From the IMG/VR virus record IMGVR_UViG_3300045988_004566: a stretch of 5,708 bases of DNA; one strand, 5' to 3'. The notes below the pieces were generated by a model. It had not been told where the DNA came from and did no database searches. It was given only the letters and a program-made list of their open reading frames with translations. A program made the position numbers and the translations under genes. Shown one piece after another: positions 4,181 to 5,708 of this stretch. Source of the stretch: a virus. Position 1 is the stretch's first letter, and every line of letters starts with the position of its first letter.

Positions 4181-5050
4181 ATGGCAGCATTATCAGGATT
4201 ATTAACAGCGCTCAACGTAGCCGGAAACATTGCAAGCACAGTTGGAACATTTGCAAACGCTGGTAAACAAATCGCCGGCGCATTCGGCGGATGGGGTCAA
4301 GAAGGCGGAAGCCAAAGCCAAGGCGGAAGCCAAAGCCAAGGCGGCGGACATTCAGAGAGCGGAAGCCAAGCCGGAACAAACATTCAACAGGTAAACGACT
4401 GGCTTAAACAGGCATACGCATACCAAGGGCAAGAAGCCGCCATGCAAGGTAAATACAACAGTCAAAGTATGCTTAAACAGATGGGTTACAACACCTTACA
4501 AGCAATCATGCAAGGCGTATACAACCACATTGAGAACAATGTAGCCATGAACTACAACAGTGCAGAAGCACTAGCAAACCGTGAATGGCAAGAGCACATG
4601 AGCAATACAAGCTATCAACGTGCCGTTGAGGACATGAAAAAAGCAGGGCTCAATCCAATCTTAGCATTCGCAAATGGTGGCGCAAGCACACCGGGTGGAA
4701 GCGCGGGAACAATCAGCGGTGCGAGTATGGGACTGGCGAGCAGCAGCGCACTAGGAGTGAGCAGAAGCGGTGGATTTGTACCAAATGCATACTCAAGTTC
4801 AAGTTGGAGTCAAAGCGATTGGTATAATGCAGCACAAAGCTGGCAGCAAATGCTTAGCGAAACACATATGACACCGTACGGACTGCAAAAGGCACTTACG
4901 GAAGTCGGAGACAACACAAAAGAAGCCATCACAAAGGCAACTGATAAGATGGGAAAAGGAAAAAGCACAGAACAAAGCAGAAGTATGAAACCGCAGGACA
5001 AAACAGGGTCATACGGAGAAAAAAGAAAGCCGGGTGATTATCTTAGATGA
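4181..5050 (+). CDS. VP2: Minor capsid / DNA pilot protein VP2, 289 aa
   Basis: It follows VP1 as in gokushoviruses. The N-terminus is hydrophobic and Gly/Ala-rich, followed by a Gly/Ser/Gln low-complexity tract. The conserved block NTSYQRAVEDMKKAGLNPILAF (about 4601-4681) matches the (S/T)..QR...D(L/M)K.AGLNP.L signature of VP2 proteins. Confidence 0.9.
   Translation: MAALSGLLTALNVAGNIASTVGTFANAGKQIAGAFGGWGQEGGSQSQGGSQSQGGGHSESGSQAGTNIQQVNDWLKQAYAYQGQEAAMQGKYNSQSMLKQMGYNTLQAIMQGVYNHIENNVAMNYNSAEALANREWQEHMSNTSYQRAVEDMKKAGLNPILAFANGGASTPGGSAGTISGASMGLASSSALGVSRSGGFVPNAYSSSSWSQSDWYNAAQSWQQMLSETHMTPYGLQKALTEVGDNTKEAITKATDKMGKGKSTEQSRSMKPQDKTGSYGEKRKPGDYLR
4304..4344 (+). repeat. Tandem 18-nt repeat inside VP2 (GGCGGAAGCCAAAGCCAA, 2.3 copies) encoding GGSQSQ GGSQSQ GG
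   Basis: There are exact copies at 4304-4321 and 4322-4339, followed by a partial GGCGG at 4340-4344. Confidence 0.9.
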
Positions 5051-5708
5051 GTTGTTACAAGCCATTAATAAGGCTGTACAACCCGGAAAATAAAGACATA
5101 AGCGGGCGAGTGTATTCACTTACCCGCTTTTCTGAAATAAGCGGGAAACAGCTCAAGTATGAAGATTTGATGTACAGAAAAGACATCATGTTGATACCGT
5201 GCGGCCAGTGCATCGGATGCAGAATCAGACAAAGAGAGGACTGGACAACACGGATAGAATTAGAAGCGCGAGACTACCCAAGAGAAGAAGTTTGGTTTAT
5301 CACACTTACCTATGATGATGATCACGTACCGGGCATGATAGTAAACACAGGCGAAATCATGCGAAAAGTACAATACGTCTGGAAACCGGGAGAGAAACGC
5401 CCTGAAAGCGTCCAAACATTACTGTATACTGACGTTCAAAAGTTCTTAAAACGTCTTAGAAAGGCTTATAGGGGCAAATTACGCTATTTTGTAGCTGGAG
5501 AATACGGCGAACAGACAGCCAGACCGCATTATCATATGATACTATATGGATGGCAACCAACAGACCTAGAACACCTATACAAAATACAACATAACGGATA
5601 CTACACAAGTAAATGGCTAACAGACCTATGGGGCATGGGTCAAATAGAGATAGCACAAGCAGTGCCAGAAACATATAGATATGTTGCAGGATACGTAACA
5701 AAAAAAAT
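5047..5708 (+). CDS. VP4: Replication initiation protein VP4 (HUH rolling-circle endonuclease), N-terminal 220 codons; open at the window end and continues at base 3
   Basis: The ATG at 5047 overlaps the VP2 stop (ATGA, 5047-5050). My hand translation is MSCYKPLIRLYNPENK...PCGQCIGCRIRQREDW...VWFITLTYDD...ARPHYHMILYGW...KWLTDLWGMGQIE, with no stop through 5708. RCR motif 1 is FITLTY (5296-5313) and the HUH motif is HYH (5527-5535). The M-x-C-x-x-P-L N-terminus and the CxxCxxC element are typical of gokushovirus VP4. The ORF track missed it because it has no in-window stop. Confidence 0.93.
   Translation, partial: MSCYKPLIRLYNPENKDISGRVYSLTRFSEISGKQLKYEDLMYRKDIMLIPCGQCIGCRIRQREDWTTRIELEARDYPREEVWFITLTYDDDHVPGMIVNTGEIMRKVQYVWKPGEKRPESVQTLLYTDVQKFLKRLRKAYRGKLRYFVAGEYGEQTARPHYHMILYGWQPTDLEHLYKIQHNGYYTSKWLTDLWGMGQIEIAQAVPETYRYVAGYVTKK
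5100..5133 (+). promoter_or_regulatory. Terminator-like hairpin inside the 5' end of rep
   Basis: AAGCGGG (5100-5106) pairs with CCCGCTT (5123-5129). An inner 4-bp stem pairs 5109-5112 with 5117-5120 around a TATT loop. The hairpin runs into TTTTCT. The 3' arm can instead pair with a second AAGCGGG at 5139-5145. Confidence 0.5.
5624..5708. repeat. Wrap-around copy of 1-85
   Basis: Identical to bases 1-85. Confidence 0.95.

Larger units (their letters stand above)
1..5623 (+). other. One complete unit of a circular Microviridae (gokushovirus-like) ssDNA phage genome
   Basis: Bases 1-85 repeat exactly at 5624-5708, giving a 5623-nt circle. The gene set (VP1, VP2, VP4, VP3, small basic J-like protein) is all on one strand and tightly packed, and the size is typical of the family. 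Confidence 0.9.

Noticed and set aside
5456-5701. An 81-aa hydrophobic minus-strand ORF antisense to rep; similar antisense ORFs lie at 965-1153, 1080-1391, 1279-1560, 1599-1931, 1969-2178, 2627-2809, 3093-3287, 3356-3565 and 4810-5001
   Set aside because: This is the same compositional artefact. The T-rich antisense strand gives Phe/Leu/Ile/Val-rich frames. None has an SD, and every one lies opposite a confident gene.

Overview
The window holds one complete, circularly permuted genome of a small ssDNA phage of the family Microviridae, plus 85 nt of wrap-around. Bases 1-85 are identical to 5624-5708, so the unit genome is 5623 nt. The replication-initiator gene runs off the right end and continues at base 3, stopping at 443. 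Gene order is gokushovirus-like: VP1-VP2-VP4-[accessory genes]-VP5-like-VP3. All ten credible genes are on the + strand, mostly behind strong Shine-Dalgarno sites and often joined by start/stop overlaps (ATGA, GTGA, ATGAATAA). The core genes are the major capsid VP1 (2462-4141), the pilot/minor capsid VP2 (4181-5050), the HUH Rep VP4 (5047-5708 plus 1-443) and the scaffold VP3 (2055-2465). There is also a VP5-like small protein (1823-2062) and a 40-codon arginine-rich J/ORF8-like protein (1683-1805) that the ORF track missed. Two parts are not standard microvirus content. The first is a single non-coding block of about 510 nt (444-953). It contains a near-perfect 17-bp hairpin, a roughly 45-nt alternating purine-pyrimidine CG/CA quasi-palindrome abutting TAATATTAA, and ten same-orientation copies of TGTTGAAAR in three clusters. 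It ends in a near-consensus sigma70-type promoter. The second is an accessory cassette driven by that promoter: a zinc M15-type peptidoglycan peptidase (954-1343) with no signal peptide or visible holin, followed by two small ORFans. Two RNA-level arrangements are also worth testing. An intrinsic terminator hairpin lies between the only SD and the start codon of VP2. Mutually exclusive hairpins lie inside the 5' end of rep. No tRNA, rRNA, CRISPR array, transposase or integrase is visible. All homology statements come from motif recognition by eye, not from searches.
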